From assembly GCA_026936335.1 (NCBI GenBank), contig JAPMXV010000043.1:186001-250000 (forward strand): a stretch of 64,000 bases of DNA, in the 5' to 3' direction. Below, piece after piece: positions 35,850 to 48,100 of the stretch (position 1 is the first letter of the stretch; every line of letters begins with the position of its first letter). The notes under the pieces were generated by a model, which worked only from the letters and a program-made list of their open reading frames with translations, made no database searches and had not been told where the DNA came from. Source of the DNA: Mantamonas sphyraenae STR306 (taxonomy: Eukaryota > Protista > CRuMs). A program made the position numbers and the translations under genes.

Positions 35850-38800
35850 ATGGTTCGCGCTCGCCCCTTGCACCCCCTCTCATTCCGCTGCCCCTCTTGC
35901 CTTGTTTGTGTTTCCATAGCTCACCCTGTATGCCCGTCGTGCTTCTCCCGTCTGTGTGCAGTCGATTACACGTAAGTGGTAGTTGTACATCCTCGCGAGG
36001 GATCGTTGTGGTGTGTTTTACGTTTCAGACGACTGACCTTACCCGTTTGGGCTCCGACCTGCAGACTCCACTGTCGACGCTTCGGACAACGTACCGCTGG
36101 CACGCTTCGATTCCATCGAGCCGCTGCCAGACACTCTCATTTACCGTTCGGGAGACGACGCACAGCGTCCCTCCATGCGCGATATCCGCTTCGGCGCGTG
36201 AGTTTCTTCGTCGTTTGGCGCGGGCGGTTTCCATTTGCCCCCTTTGACCCTTGCAGAGCAACGCCATGCTTCTCGGACAACCCGTGTTTCCGCATGCCCC
36301 TTACTCCCCTTGGCCATGCCCCTCAGGCACCTGTCTTGTTGCTGCACCGCCTCGCTGACACGTCCCGGGCCACCTGCGCAGAACCTCCGAGGCCGGTGCA
36401 TCCTCCGCGCCAGGCCTCGCCGCGGGCGACAAGCAAGCGGACGAGCCAGAGGGCAAAGCTCCCGTCAAGTTTGGCACCTGGGATGGCGTTTTCGTACGTT
36501 GCTGCCTGATGTCCTTGTTGCAAAAGTACCCGTCCATCACCACGAGCAGCCCATTTAGCTCGGCGTCACGGATGATGATGACGGATGTCGCTTTTTCGCT
36601 TTCCAGCCGTTCCAAAAAGCGCGCACACGTAGCGCTGCACTGCGTTTCCTTCCACCGCAGCTGACACCACCATCGTTCCACGGCTGCATGTTTCCCGTCC
36701 AGGCTCGCTGTCTGCTCAACATCTTTGGCGTCATCATGTTTCTGCGCCTCGGCTGGGTCGTCGGCCAGGCGGGCATTTCAGGGTCGTCCCTCATCATCAT
36801 CATGAGCCAGTTTGTGACCACGGTCACCGCCCTGTCCATGAGCGCCATTTCCACAAACGGCGAGGTCAAAGGTGGCGGCGCCTACTTTATGATCTCCCGC
36901 TCCTTGGGCGCGCAGTTTGGCGGCGCCATCGGCTTGCTCTTTTCTGTCGCCAACGCCGTTGCCGTCGCCCTCTACATCGTCGGCTTTGCCGAAACCGTGG
37001 TCAGCATCCAAACCTTTGAGATGACACCGGGGAAGGTCTTTGATCTGCAGATCTGGGGCCTGCTCATCTTGGCCGCCCTGCTCATCATCGCCCTCATTGG
37101 CGTCGACTGGGTCATCAAAACCGACATGTTCCTCCTGGTCCTTCTGGTGGCCTCCATCATCAACTTTTTCATTGGCACGTTTGTCAAGCCTGCCGACTCC
37201 AAGACAGGCCACACCGCGTACGCACCAGGCACCTTGGAAGGCAACTGGGAAGCTGCCTACACCGAAGGCGAAACCTTCTTCTCCGTCCTCTCCGTGTTTT
37301 TCCCCGCTGTCACGGGCATTATGGCAGGTGCCAACATCTCGGGCGACCTCAAGGATCCGCAGGTAAACATCCCTGTGGGCACCCTGTCCGCAATCGGCAC
37401 TTCCAGCATAGTTTACCTGGCCATGGCCTGGGTCCTCGGCGCCACCGTCGTTCGACCCGTGACCCCGGGCAAGATCATCACCATTGGCGGCGTGGGACTC
37501 ATTGAGGACAACCTGATTGTGGAAAAGGTGTCGCTGTGGGGTCCCCTTGTCATCGTCGGCATTTTTGCGGCCACCCTGTCCTCAGCCCTCGCCAGCTTGG
37601 TGGGTGCCCCGCGTATCTTCCAGGCCGTGTGTAAGGATGGGCTGTTTCCTGCACTGACCCGCTTCGGCAAGGGCTACGGCGCCAACGAAGAGCCTCGCCA
37701 AGCGTACCTGATCACCTTTGTCATTGCCGGCGGCTGCATCCTCATTGGCCAACTCAACCTCATTGCTGCCGTCATCACCGAGTTCTTTCTCATTTCCTAT
37801 GCTCTGGTCAACTATGCGTGTTTTGCAGCCTCGCTCAGCAAGTCCCCCGGCTGGCGCCCGTCCTTCCGCTATTTCAACCCGTACGTCGCCATGGTCGGCT
37901 GCATCTTTTGCCTTGCCGTCATGGTGCTCATCAACCAGGTGGCATCGGTGATCGCCGTCGTCGTGGGCATGCTCATCTACAAGTACGTCGACTTTAAGGA
38001 CCCTGAGGTCAACTGGGGCAGCGCCTCGGCCGCTCGCCAGTATGTGCGCACGGTGCGTGCGTGCCTGCGCCTGCGCCTGACCAAGGACCACGTCAAGGTG
38101 TTTCGCCCACAGTATCTGTACCTGATGCGTCAGGACGAGAACCTGCATGATCCAGAGATGAACCCTGTGTACGACATGGTCCGCTTCCTGGAGGCCGGCA
38201 AGGGCATCTTTGTGTTTGGCAACACCATCCTTGGTGATTTCAGCGACTGCGTGGCCAAACAGATCAATTTGAGCAACGATCCGTTCCTTGCCACCGAGCG
38301 CATCCCGGCCTTTATGGAGGTGACCATTGCGCACACCCTTCGCGACGGCTCGCGCCAGCTGATGCAGTTTGCAGGCTTGGGCAAGATGCGCCCCAACACC
38401 GTGCTCCAATCCTATCCTGAGAAGTGGGTCAAGGGTGACCCGTCACAAACCAGCGCCTTTGTGGGCACCATCGGAGACGCGTTTGATCTGGAAAAGGGGG
38501 TGGGCATCCTGCGCCACATGGACGCCTTGCACGCCAGCGCCGAGCAACGCCTCACAGGAAACATCGACGTGTACTGGCTTGTGGATGACGGTGGTCTGAC
38601 GCTGCTTCTGCCGTACATCCTGCAGATGAACGACTACTTTGCCAAGACCACCTTCCGCCTTTTCACCCTCATGCGCGGCGACAACCTGACCGCAGAGACA
38701 GTGCGCATGACGCGTCTCATGCGCAAGTTCCGCATTTCGGGTGAGGTGCTGCCCATCCAGAATTGGCAAGACGAACCACGTGCAGAGACCGTTGCCGAGT

Positions 38801-39192
38801 GGGAAAAGCTGATGAGCGAGGCCCGCGCAACCGTGTCCTCCAGCAGCTCGCCCAATGTCTCTGGCTTTGATAACCTCAAGAAGGATAAGGCGGTGGCCGC
38901 CGATAGTGAGCTCACAGACGACGAAGACGAGGAAGAGGAGCCCGAGGCCGATCTGGACGACGAGGACGAGCAGATGCGCCTCCAGCGCAAGAGCTCGCGT
39001 TACCTGCGCCTGAGTGAGCTCATGAAGGTCAACTCGGAAGCCTCGGACCTTTGTGTCATCACGCTGCCCGTCCCTCGCGACAGCGACGATCCGCTGATGT
39101 TCATGAGCTGGCTCGAGATGATGAGCGCCGATCTGCCCCCCACCATCTTTGTGCGTGGCAACCAGCAGGATGTGCTTACCTTTTACTCGTAA
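35850..39192 (+). CDS. SLC12A: SLC12 cation-chloride cotransporter (NKCC/NCC-like)
   Basis: Motifs KFGTWDGVF|ARCLLNIFGVIMFLRLGW, STNGEVKGGGAYFMISRSLG, FFPAVTGIMAGANISGDLKDP, SPGWRPSFRY, IDVYWLVDDGGLTLLLP, VRGNQQDVLTFYS. Proposed exons 35850-35852, 35962-35971, 36065-36197, 36382-36493 and 36703-39192 give about 915 aa. The first two exons are less certain. Confidence 0.93.
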
Positions 39193-39271
39193 ATACAGTG
39201 CGATGTCCCGTGCTTGAGAAATGTGAGTGACGACACCATGGGTGCTCTTGTGCGGCGTCGCGGACACAACA

Positions 39272-40303
39272 ATGTCCGTACGCGCTCCGTTTGCCATTGT
39301 GGGGTACCCTCCGGCATCGGGAGGAAGGTTAGGGCGTGCTTCACCGTTGTTGGTTGGGTTTCGTAGCAAGCTGGTGAAGCTGTGCAAGAACCTGTCCAAG
39401 TGGGTGGACGACACGCTGGAGCAGGAGTTGGTGTTGCTTCGCCGCGTGGTGTACAAAAACACAAACCAGCACAGGAGTGGACATCACCACAAACGCATGC
39501 AGGGGGTCAGCAAGCGCATGCGCCAGGTGCTGGACATGCGCCTGGACACATTGCTGGAGCAATTGCGTGATGCGCTGAAACTCGACACCAACAGCGGCGT
39601 CCTGGTGCGCACACCGAGTGCAAAAGGCGTTTCGTTTGTGCTCCAACGCATGCAACTGGCGGCTGTGGTGCTTCAACGCGCCATGGATGCGTGCATCGCC
39701 TGCAGCGAGCACTTGCAGCTGCTGCTTGCACAAAGCTTCTTTATGAAGTATGCAGCCACGGGAGTGGCCCTGTGTGCACGATTGTACGCCTGCTGCAAGT
39801 ATTTGCTGTTGCAGGTGGTGCCCATGTACAATCTTCTGCACATGCTACAAGGGGAACTGCCGCTGCCTGCAAGTGATGCAGACACCTCGCGTGAGTCACT
39901 TGATCAGCCCGAGGCTTGGCAATTCGACCCAGTTGACGACTTGCGCTCCATGGTGAGTATAGACCATGCGCCAGAGCTCTTCCAGGCCTGGATGCGCCAG
40001 GAGGCCGAGCAGGCAGAGGAGGCTGCTCGCATGAAACGCAAGCGCAAGGCGGTCGATGACGGGAATGAGGAAAACGACGCACAGCTGCATTCCAGCGAGA
40101 AGAATCAACCAAGAACACCTGTGTACATACCCATGGCCAGTGCAGTCCACGAAGAGGATCTGGGCGAGCCGCTGGTGTCGCCCGAGACCAAACGACGCAG
40201 GAAGGACAAAAAGGACAAGAGGGCAACCACAACCACAACCACAACAACAAGAAGAAGAAGAAGGCAAAGAGGTGAACACCAGAAACGAAATTGGCAGTGC
40301 TAA
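39272..40303 (+). CDS. NEPRO: RNase MRP subunit RMP64/NEPRO/Rmp1-like (DUF4477)
   Basis: LEQELVLLRRVVYKNTNQHR...VSKRMRQV and LLAQSFFMKYA..ALCARL match the family pattern, with a basic C-tail. The start is uncertain (possible in-frame intron after ATG TCC). The true stop may be 40275 if there is a frameshift near 40220. Confidence 0.72.
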   Translation: MSVRAPFAIVGYPPASGGRLGRASPLLVGFRSKLVKLCKNLSKWVDDTLEQELVLLRRVVYKNTNQHRSGHHHKRMQGVSKRMRQVLDMRLDTLLEQLRDALKLDTNSGVLVRTPSAKGVSFVLQRMQLAAVVLQRAMDACIACSEHLQLLLAQSFFMKYAATGVALCARLYACCKYLLLQVVPMYNLLHMLQGELPLPASDADTSRESLDQPEAWQFDPVDDLRSMVSIDHAPELFQAWMRQEAEQAEEAARMKRKRKAVDDGNEENDAQLHSSEKNQPRTPVYIPMASAVHEEDLGEPLVSPETKRRRKDKKDKRATTTTTTTTRRRRRQRGEHQKRNWQC

Positions 40304-42090
40304 TCAAAATACTTTCCGTCTTCGCGCAGGTTCTGCCTGCAGTTGTCGATGATGGCCGCCACCTGGCGCGAAGCCATCTGCACCACCTTGGCCGGGATCC
40401 AGCCGCGCGGATCCGCGTTGGCCATGTAGGTGACGTGGCACTGTGTTTCGGACAGGGGACGGATGACAAAACCGCCTGGTTTGAGAAAGCCTCGCTGGTA
40501 CTTGTTCGTTTCGGGGTAGTCCTCGAGCTCGATGCTAGCGCCGCAACAGATCAGCGTACCTGTGTCGGTCAGGCGGTGGAGCACGCGCAGATAGATAAAG
40601 TCGCGACCCGACGTGGGGAACACGGGATGGTAGCGCAGGTGCACGCTGCAGGTGCGCACGTCATAGTAGTCGATGAGATCCACAGCTTCGTTCAGTGTGT
40701 CCCACCGTGCACGTTGACGCGTGTCGCACACCAGCTCAAACAGATCCTCAATGCGTGCGTTGACCAGTCCCAGCGTGCGCACCGTGTTTGGCAACGCATC
40801 GTCTGCCTGGTTTTGGTACACGTCCGTGTCTTTGAAGTGGTAGCTGAGCTGCCAATCGTTCGCCGGGTTCTTGTTCTCTGCATCCAACATCACCGTGCGG
40901 ATGATCTCCTGAGCAAACTTTCCGTATGGATGCGACGTGTACAGCGGTCCCCAGTACATCGCCCGGTAGTCGATGTCGTAAAAGTCCTCCGGCGCGACAA
41001 ACGCCACCTCAGCCTCTTCCTCCTCCTCCTCCTCCTCCGCATCCTCTGCGTCAAAGTACTCTTCTTCATCATCCTCCACACGCACCACCAGTGTGTTTCG
41101 AGTCTGCGAGTGCCGTCCCTGCCCGCGTGGGCCAGGGTAGTAGATGTCACCCACCACCTCGTCATTCCGCGCATCTTGATACATGTAGTCCGCCGACTCC
41201 TCGTCTTGGTCACCTTCCAACTGGTCGTATGCTCCCTTGCTCCGCTTCCTCTGGCTGTTGCGCCCTCTGTGCCACCGTCCACCGTGTCCTTGCTGACTCT
41301 GCACAAACGCATCCACGCTCAGGTGGTCGTCGTCGCCCTCGTCTGCCGCGTGGTACCGCCCGGTTGCTGTCGAAACAACACTTTGCGAGTCTTCCAGGCC
41401 ACCGTACGAGCTGTTGATCGCCGTGGCTCCGTATCCGCTGAGCACTGGCTGCAGACGTTGGTGCTCGCCGTTTGTGGCCAACACTCTGCTCGACAAGTAC
41501 ACCTGCGCCCATCCAGTGAAAAACACGCCAGCCAGAAATAGTCCTGTGGTGTGCATGTGTGTACGCACCGGTTCGAGGGCGACCACACGTGTCAGCAGCG
41601 GTGCCCTAGCACGGGTTGCTCCTGAAAGCGAAACCAGCCCAGCCTTTCCCTCTCACTGGCCTCTGCCTCACATGTCACCCACCTGCTGTCGTCTGCAACA
41701 CCGCCACGTCGACCAACGTGATCTTTACAATGAGAAAGACGGACATGGCTAGTGTGGAGCCCATCACCCAATGCGTGGGCCTCGAGGCAAAACGGTGAAA
41801 CCCCACCAGCGCAAACGCACGCAGCAGGACCACAATCTGCACATGTGTGAGCGTCGTGCTTCTATCACTCACACCCGCCAACATCGCACACGTACAAACA
41901 CGTCAAACACGGACCCGTCAAAGGTGTACCGGCTCGCTTCCACGCCCAGGAACGTGCCAATGTCCTGTGTCTTGGACAGGAAGAACAGCACAAACGCAAC
42001 AGTGATGTCAAACGCCGCAATGGCCACCACTGCCAGATTCACTTGGCCGTCTCCCTTGCGCGACAGCGCCCCAGCAAAGTCGCCAGCCAT
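40300..42090 (-). CDS. STARD3: STARD3/MLN64-like protein: 4-TM MENTAL-like domain, FFAT-like motif, START domain
   Basis: Exons 42090-41896, 41836-41683 and 41543-40300; about 530 aa. Four hydrophobic segments with RYTFDGSVFDVFIVVLLR, an acidic EEEYFDAED, and START motifs RARWD, PTSGRDFIYLR, YQRGFLKPGGFVI, ADPRGWIP. Confidence 0.78.
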
Positions 42091-42186
42091 CGCAAAGGGG
42101 TTCCGCTGCCAGAGACGGCGCCCGTCGACAACAGCATCGTCTGCATCGCCACACGCTCACTCTTTGCGTGCATGTATGATTCATTC

Positions 42187-45100
42187 TCATTTCTTCAGGT
42201 TCCCAGCAGCGCTTTTGGCCTTGGCGCCCTTGGTCAGCTGCTTCAGCATCTCGCGCATCACACGCAGCTCGTGCTGCACCTCGTCCATCTGGTCGCGCTG
42301 GTCCAGCACCATGGCCTTGTTGATGGGGAAGAACGACAAGTCCTGCTCCTCGATGCGGTCCGTCACGAAGCTCTCCTGGCCCGTGTAGTCGTCCTCGTCC
42401 TTAGTCTTCAAGTGAATGAAGAAGAACGTGTAGTTCCACATGTTGTGGTCCTGCTCGATGTGTGTGTCAAACCCGTCGGCTTCGCGATCAAACACATGGC
42501 GCTCGTACATGCACACAAAGCAGGTGTTCTGGATGTCGTTCTTGATAAAGTCGTTCTGCTGACGCAGCTCGGCAAACGTGTCGATGATGATACCAAAGAG
42601 GATGTTCAGCAGGATAATGATCACCAGGAAGAAGAATGACATGTCGTACAGCACACGCAGCGCAGACGTGTCCTCAAACGACTTGCCCACCAACGCGTCT
42701 GCGATTCCTCCGCCGTTGCGCAGGCCTGCGTCAATTGTCGTCACCAAACACTGAGCCATCGTTTCGCACGCGTACTGCTCGCCCTCCAACAGGAATGCGT
42801 CACGAAACAGCACAAACCCAACAATGGCGTAAAAGTAGATGATCACAATGCCCAGCATCGACGTCTGGATGATCGAGCGTCCGTTCTGCGTCACCGCCTT
42901 GAACACGTTCTGCAGGGTCTTGCTGCGCGCCACCATGTCCAGCAGGTGGTAGCAAAAGAAAAACGGCGACAGTACAATCCCCAGCACGTCGAAAACGATG
43001 TACAGCACAAAGTAAACGAACCACTGGTGCGCCATCAGCAGCTTCACACGCTGCCATGTCGTCCTGGCACCTCTCTCCAACTTTTCGTACGCATAGTCTT
43101 CCATCTCGCTTGCGTACAGTGCGCGCATGCCCTTGCGCAGAATCAACGGCGCCTGGCCCATCGCAAAGATCAGCATGATCAGGAGCGCAAACACCAGCTG
43201 CAGACCACCCAATCCCATCAACACATACAAAATCAACTCTTGCTCCAGAGACGGTGGCTGCACGTCTCCTCCCGCACTGCTTGGTGGCGCTTTGTAGAAT
43301 GCGATCATCAGCGCATTGATCACCACTGCCAACACAAACGTGATGTTGCGGAACGTCCACTCGCTGCGCTTGAGGGCTTGATACAACGTGCTGTGCTCCA
43401 GTTGCTCCTCGTGCTCCACCTCGTCCAGGATGTCGTCTGTGCGCGAGAAAAAGTCCTCGATCTTCTGACCCGGATTGTCGCGATCCACGTTCCACAGGAT
43501 CTCCTTGCGCGTCTCGCTGCGCAAGTTGAAGCACACGTCCGGGATGCGGTAGTACACGCGCTCCAGTTTGTTGTCGCGCACAATCTCGATCCTGCCGATC
43601 AGCCGCATATAGTATTCGCGGCCTTCAAACTCCTCCAGAAGCCTTGTCACGCGTCCGTTGGGCGAGTCAAACTCCACCAGCATGTTGAACAGAATAAAAA
43701 TCACAATGGGTTCGTCCGGCATGTCCACGGCGTCCGTTTCCTTCAGCTTTCCCCTGCGCGACCCATGTGCGTTGTGCTCGTTCAACAGCGCCTCGTAGTG
43801 GCTGTCCAGCTTGTCTTTGAGGTTGTCCACGTCCAACGACGTCATCAGACGCGTGGGAATGTACGGCTGCGTGTTGCTTTCCAACACCGCAATGATTGTG
43901 TTCAGCATCGACGCACGCAGCTGTTCTTGGTCACCCACCTTGACGTCGTCCATGCTCGCGTGAAGGATTTCGTTGATGGAGTTGACCAGTTTGGTGCTCA
44001 TCAGAGCATTCTGGTTCTCCAGGCACGGACCCTGGCAAAACTCTGTCAGGGTCTCAAACACCTGAATGGCCGTGTCCACGTTGTCCGCGCTGATGTACTT
44101 TTCCAGGGCATTCAGGTAGCCCACCACCTCCACCACCAGGTTGAAGCTCTTGACGTTGCGCTGTTGGTTGCGCAGATAGTTTTGCATGTCCAGATTGTGG
44201 CCCTCGCACAGCAGCTGCACAAAGCGTAGCGTCTCCATGATGAAGCCGTTCTCCTCAAACTTTTCTGTCGACAGCACCTCTGCCAACAGCGCCTGCTGCT
44301 GCCCCACTGCCTCGCCTCCGTCATCTTCCTCGTCGCCGTCGCTGTTGTTGTCCAAGTCGTCCATCTCGATGTTTGCGCCTGCCTGCGCCCTGGCCACCGT
44401 CCGCGCCGTGGCTCCTCCGCCAGTGCTGCTTCCACTCTGGCTGTTGCTCGATCCTCCTCCCAAGCTGCGTTTCAACGTCTCGATGCGGTCCAGGTACTGC
44501 CTGCGCTCAATGATCTCGCCCGTGGCCGTGCGCAGAAGCTGACGCAGCTGCGCAAACAGCTGGCTGTTCGGGTGCGTCGTCATGTACTCGTACATACTGT
44601 CTTGCACCTTGCGGTACCCTCCGTCCAAGAGGGCGTTGCCCAGACGCAAGCACTGGCGCGTCACGTGCGGCTCGCTCACCGTGCTCAACAGCTCCAGGCA
44701 TTGCTTGGTGGCTCCCAACGAGTCGAGCTTCTCCTGCATGGCCTCGCGCATGGAGTCGACGCTGTTGTCCAGCATGCCGCTCAACAGGCGCAGGTAGTAC
44801 ACGCAGTACTTGGAGTCCGGCAGCGCCGCCAGCTGCGGCAGCTGCGAAATGACGCGAGCCACCGTCGAGTCCATCGACGGGTCTGAAAACACGTCCACCA
44901 CATTCTCAAACTCGTCTTCGTCGTCCACGCGGCTAGCCAGTTCCTCCGCCAGCATGAGGAAGCGCTCTCCCAGCAGCTTTTCATCCTTGAGAGCCATGGA
45001 ATAGCCGGCTGTTGACGAAACCACCGATGCCGTTTCACCCATCCCCTGTGCCATGTTGGAGAAAACCTCGTCGTGCACGTTGTGCTCCGAGTACATTTTC

Positions 45101-48100
45101 TCCAGGTCCTCGGCTTTGCTCGGTGTCACACCAGCGTCCATCATCACAGCCAGGCAGTGGCTGCACTTGTTTGCCTGCAGCGTGTGCTTCCCCTTTTTGG
45201 CTGTCCTGTGGATGACGCGCAGCGCATCCATCATGGAGGAGCACAGCTTAAGCTGTTGAATGGAACACACGTCTTTGCGGAAGTAGATGCTGAAGAAGCC
45301 TGACAGGAACTTGATCAGGCCGTCGTACATGTACGCCTTGCGCTGAGCGTCAAACTGGACGGTGGCGTCGGCGCGTGCAAAGTCCACCAGCTCTTCGTGG
45401 AACTTCTCCATCATGATCCACGTGTGCTCGTTCGTCTCAAACCCGACAATGATGTTTTCCGTCTCCAGCCACACCTCGTACAGAAACTGCACATACACTT
45501 CGCGCAGTTCAAAGGGCAAGCGCTCCTGCATGAGGTGCATGACCAGGTCCTCGATGGACAACAGGGCCTGCAACTTTGTCTCGGCAAGGTGGTTGACACC
45601 TGCCGCACACTGGCTCAGAAGCCGCAGCAGGGCAATGTGGTAGTTCAGGGCGCCCTCGGCGTTTTCCAGGTGCTCGTTGGCGTCGATGAGCTGCTGGCGC
45701 AGCTCGATGCCAGCATTGCCGTTGTACAGCTGCAGCGATTCGGGTGCCTCTTGCAGCAGCTTGAGCACCAGATTCTGGTTGCGTTTGATGGGAATGCCCG
45801 CAACCACCACGAGAGACGACAAGAACTTCAGATAGCGGGGATAGGCGCCGCGCTCCACAATCAGCGTCACAAAGTGTTTGATCTGCTTCTCGGTCACCAT
45901 GGCACAGATTGTGCGGTTGTTCTCAAAGATGTTGCTGATGGCGCTGGCTGCCTTGAGCTTGATGCCCATCTGGGAGAGAAAGTGATCCAAGTGGTTGAAC
46001 AGCACACGCTGGTTGTCTGCGTTGCGTTTGCAGAACGCAGCCAGGAAGCGGTAGCATAGGATAAACACTCGACGCAGCCCCGACTCCTCGGGTGTGTTGT
46101 GAAAAGGCAGTCGCAGGATGGCCACGACGTCCTCGTGTACCTCAAAATCATGCATCATGCGCTGCGAGGCCGGGCGTGGGAGTTTGCCGTCCTCGTCAAA
46201 GCAGCACACGTCCAACAGCTCCTTGAGCACACCGCACAGCTTTTCCAGGGCTGCGTCGTCCATTTGTGCCGACGTGGCCTGCTTGAGGAACGGGATGTGG
46301 CTCTTGACCATGTCGTAGACCTGGATGGTCTCGTCGGCCTTGAGGATCTGCACGCGGTGGACAGCGTTCAGCAACTCGTCGGCCTGGCCGTAGTGGCGCA
46401 CAATCATGGAAGCCGCGGCACGAAAGAGTTGCTCGTCGTCAAACGGAAGCAGCTCGGTGAGCACAATGCCAAAGTCGTCGTTCTGGCTGAGCGGCATGAA
46501 GTTTTCAATGTCCGAGAACATGCTCTCGACGGTGAGGCCCACCTCTTGCCGCCAGTCCAGGATGTTTGTGTAGTCGCGCATTTTGTTCTTGTGATACAGC
46601 AGGACCTGGGTGAGCCGGATGTCCAGACGCAGGTTGCTGACCACCTCCAAGATCTCCAGGATGACCAGTTTGTTGGACATGATGAGCAGCGAGTTGTCGG
46701 AGCGGTAATATCGGCGAGCCAGTGCGTGGAGCTTGTTTCCGCCCATGGATACGCGTTCGGGCGAGTCGCGGTCTGTGCGCGGGTCCAGCAAGCTCACGAG
46801 TGGTTCCAACAGTTGCAAGACGTCACGGGTGGAGTACAGTCCAAACATGATGAGCTCCTTGCACAGCGTGGTGATGGCGAGAGTCAGGCGGTTTGCATCC
46901 ACCTGGTTCAACAGCTGCACCGGGTTGTCTCGCATGTACTTGAGCACAAAGGCCTTGAGTTGGGTAAAGTCAATGGAGTGGGTGCCCATGGATGGAGAGG
47001 AAGCTGCGGCGGAGGAGGAGGAGGAAGAGGAACCAGCCGCATTTTGCTGCAGTGCTTTGCTGTGGCTCAGGGCCGAGGCCTCCTTGGCGCTGTCCTCGTT
47101 GACATCCGACCAAATGCGCGTGTAGTTGATGGGGATGATCGGGTGCGAGGTGTTTGTGTCGATGTAGAGGTGAAGGAGGACGTCTGCGTAGGCGGCACGG
47201 ATGGGCACGGGCACGTCCTTGTTGAGGAGCATGACCATGATGTGGTCAAACGTGATGACGTCCGAAATGAGATTGATGGCGTACGAGTTGCGTCCGAGGC
47301 ACAGCTGGGAAAACAGGCGCAGCATCTTTTCAAAGTACTCCATGGTCTCGGTGCCGCAGCGCGCAAAGAACTCGGAGGGTGCAAGCCACTTGGAGCGGCC
47401 GTGCTCGTCGATCTGGCAGATTTGGATCTCGCGCCCCTGCTCTCGTGTCTGGATCAGCACGTCTGGGTTCTCCACGAGGGTCTTGCGCACGATAAAGTTT
47501 TGGTTGCGCAGCAGACCAAAGCCCTTGCAGCTGCAGAGAGTACTGAGAAAGTTGAGGTAGCGCGGCAACTTGCCCTTGCGCTTGATGAGCTCAATGAAAA
47601 AGTAGATCTGGTCCTCGGCGATATGGTCGAGCAGGACGCGGTTGTCCTTGAAGAGCTCCAGAAGCGTGTCTGCAGTCTTGAGCTTGTAGCCCAGGTGGTT
47701 CTGCATGAAGGAAATGCTGTCGCGGAGATGCAGGCCGTTCTTGGGATTGGACTTGAGGGTCTGTTTGAGGAGGCGGTAGCAGCGTTGCAGCAGCGAAAAC
47801 AGCAACCTGTTCTCCTGCTTCTGCAGATCGTTGAGAGAGAGGCCCATGTAGGTGAACGGTGCGTCCAGACACTGAATGAGCATGTCGAGAAACCCAAACT
47901 CGCGAAACAGCTTCTGGCGATGTTTGATGGGTGTGCCCTCACGCGTCATGGGATCCATGTTGTCGCTCTCGGTGCAAAAGACAATCATGTGCTCCAGTGT
48001 GCTGATGGCCTCCTTGTAGACACGCGTGGCGATATGGTCGTGCTGGCCACCGGTCATCTTTTGCAGCAGCGAGCGGATGAGATAGCACGCGGTGCCGACC

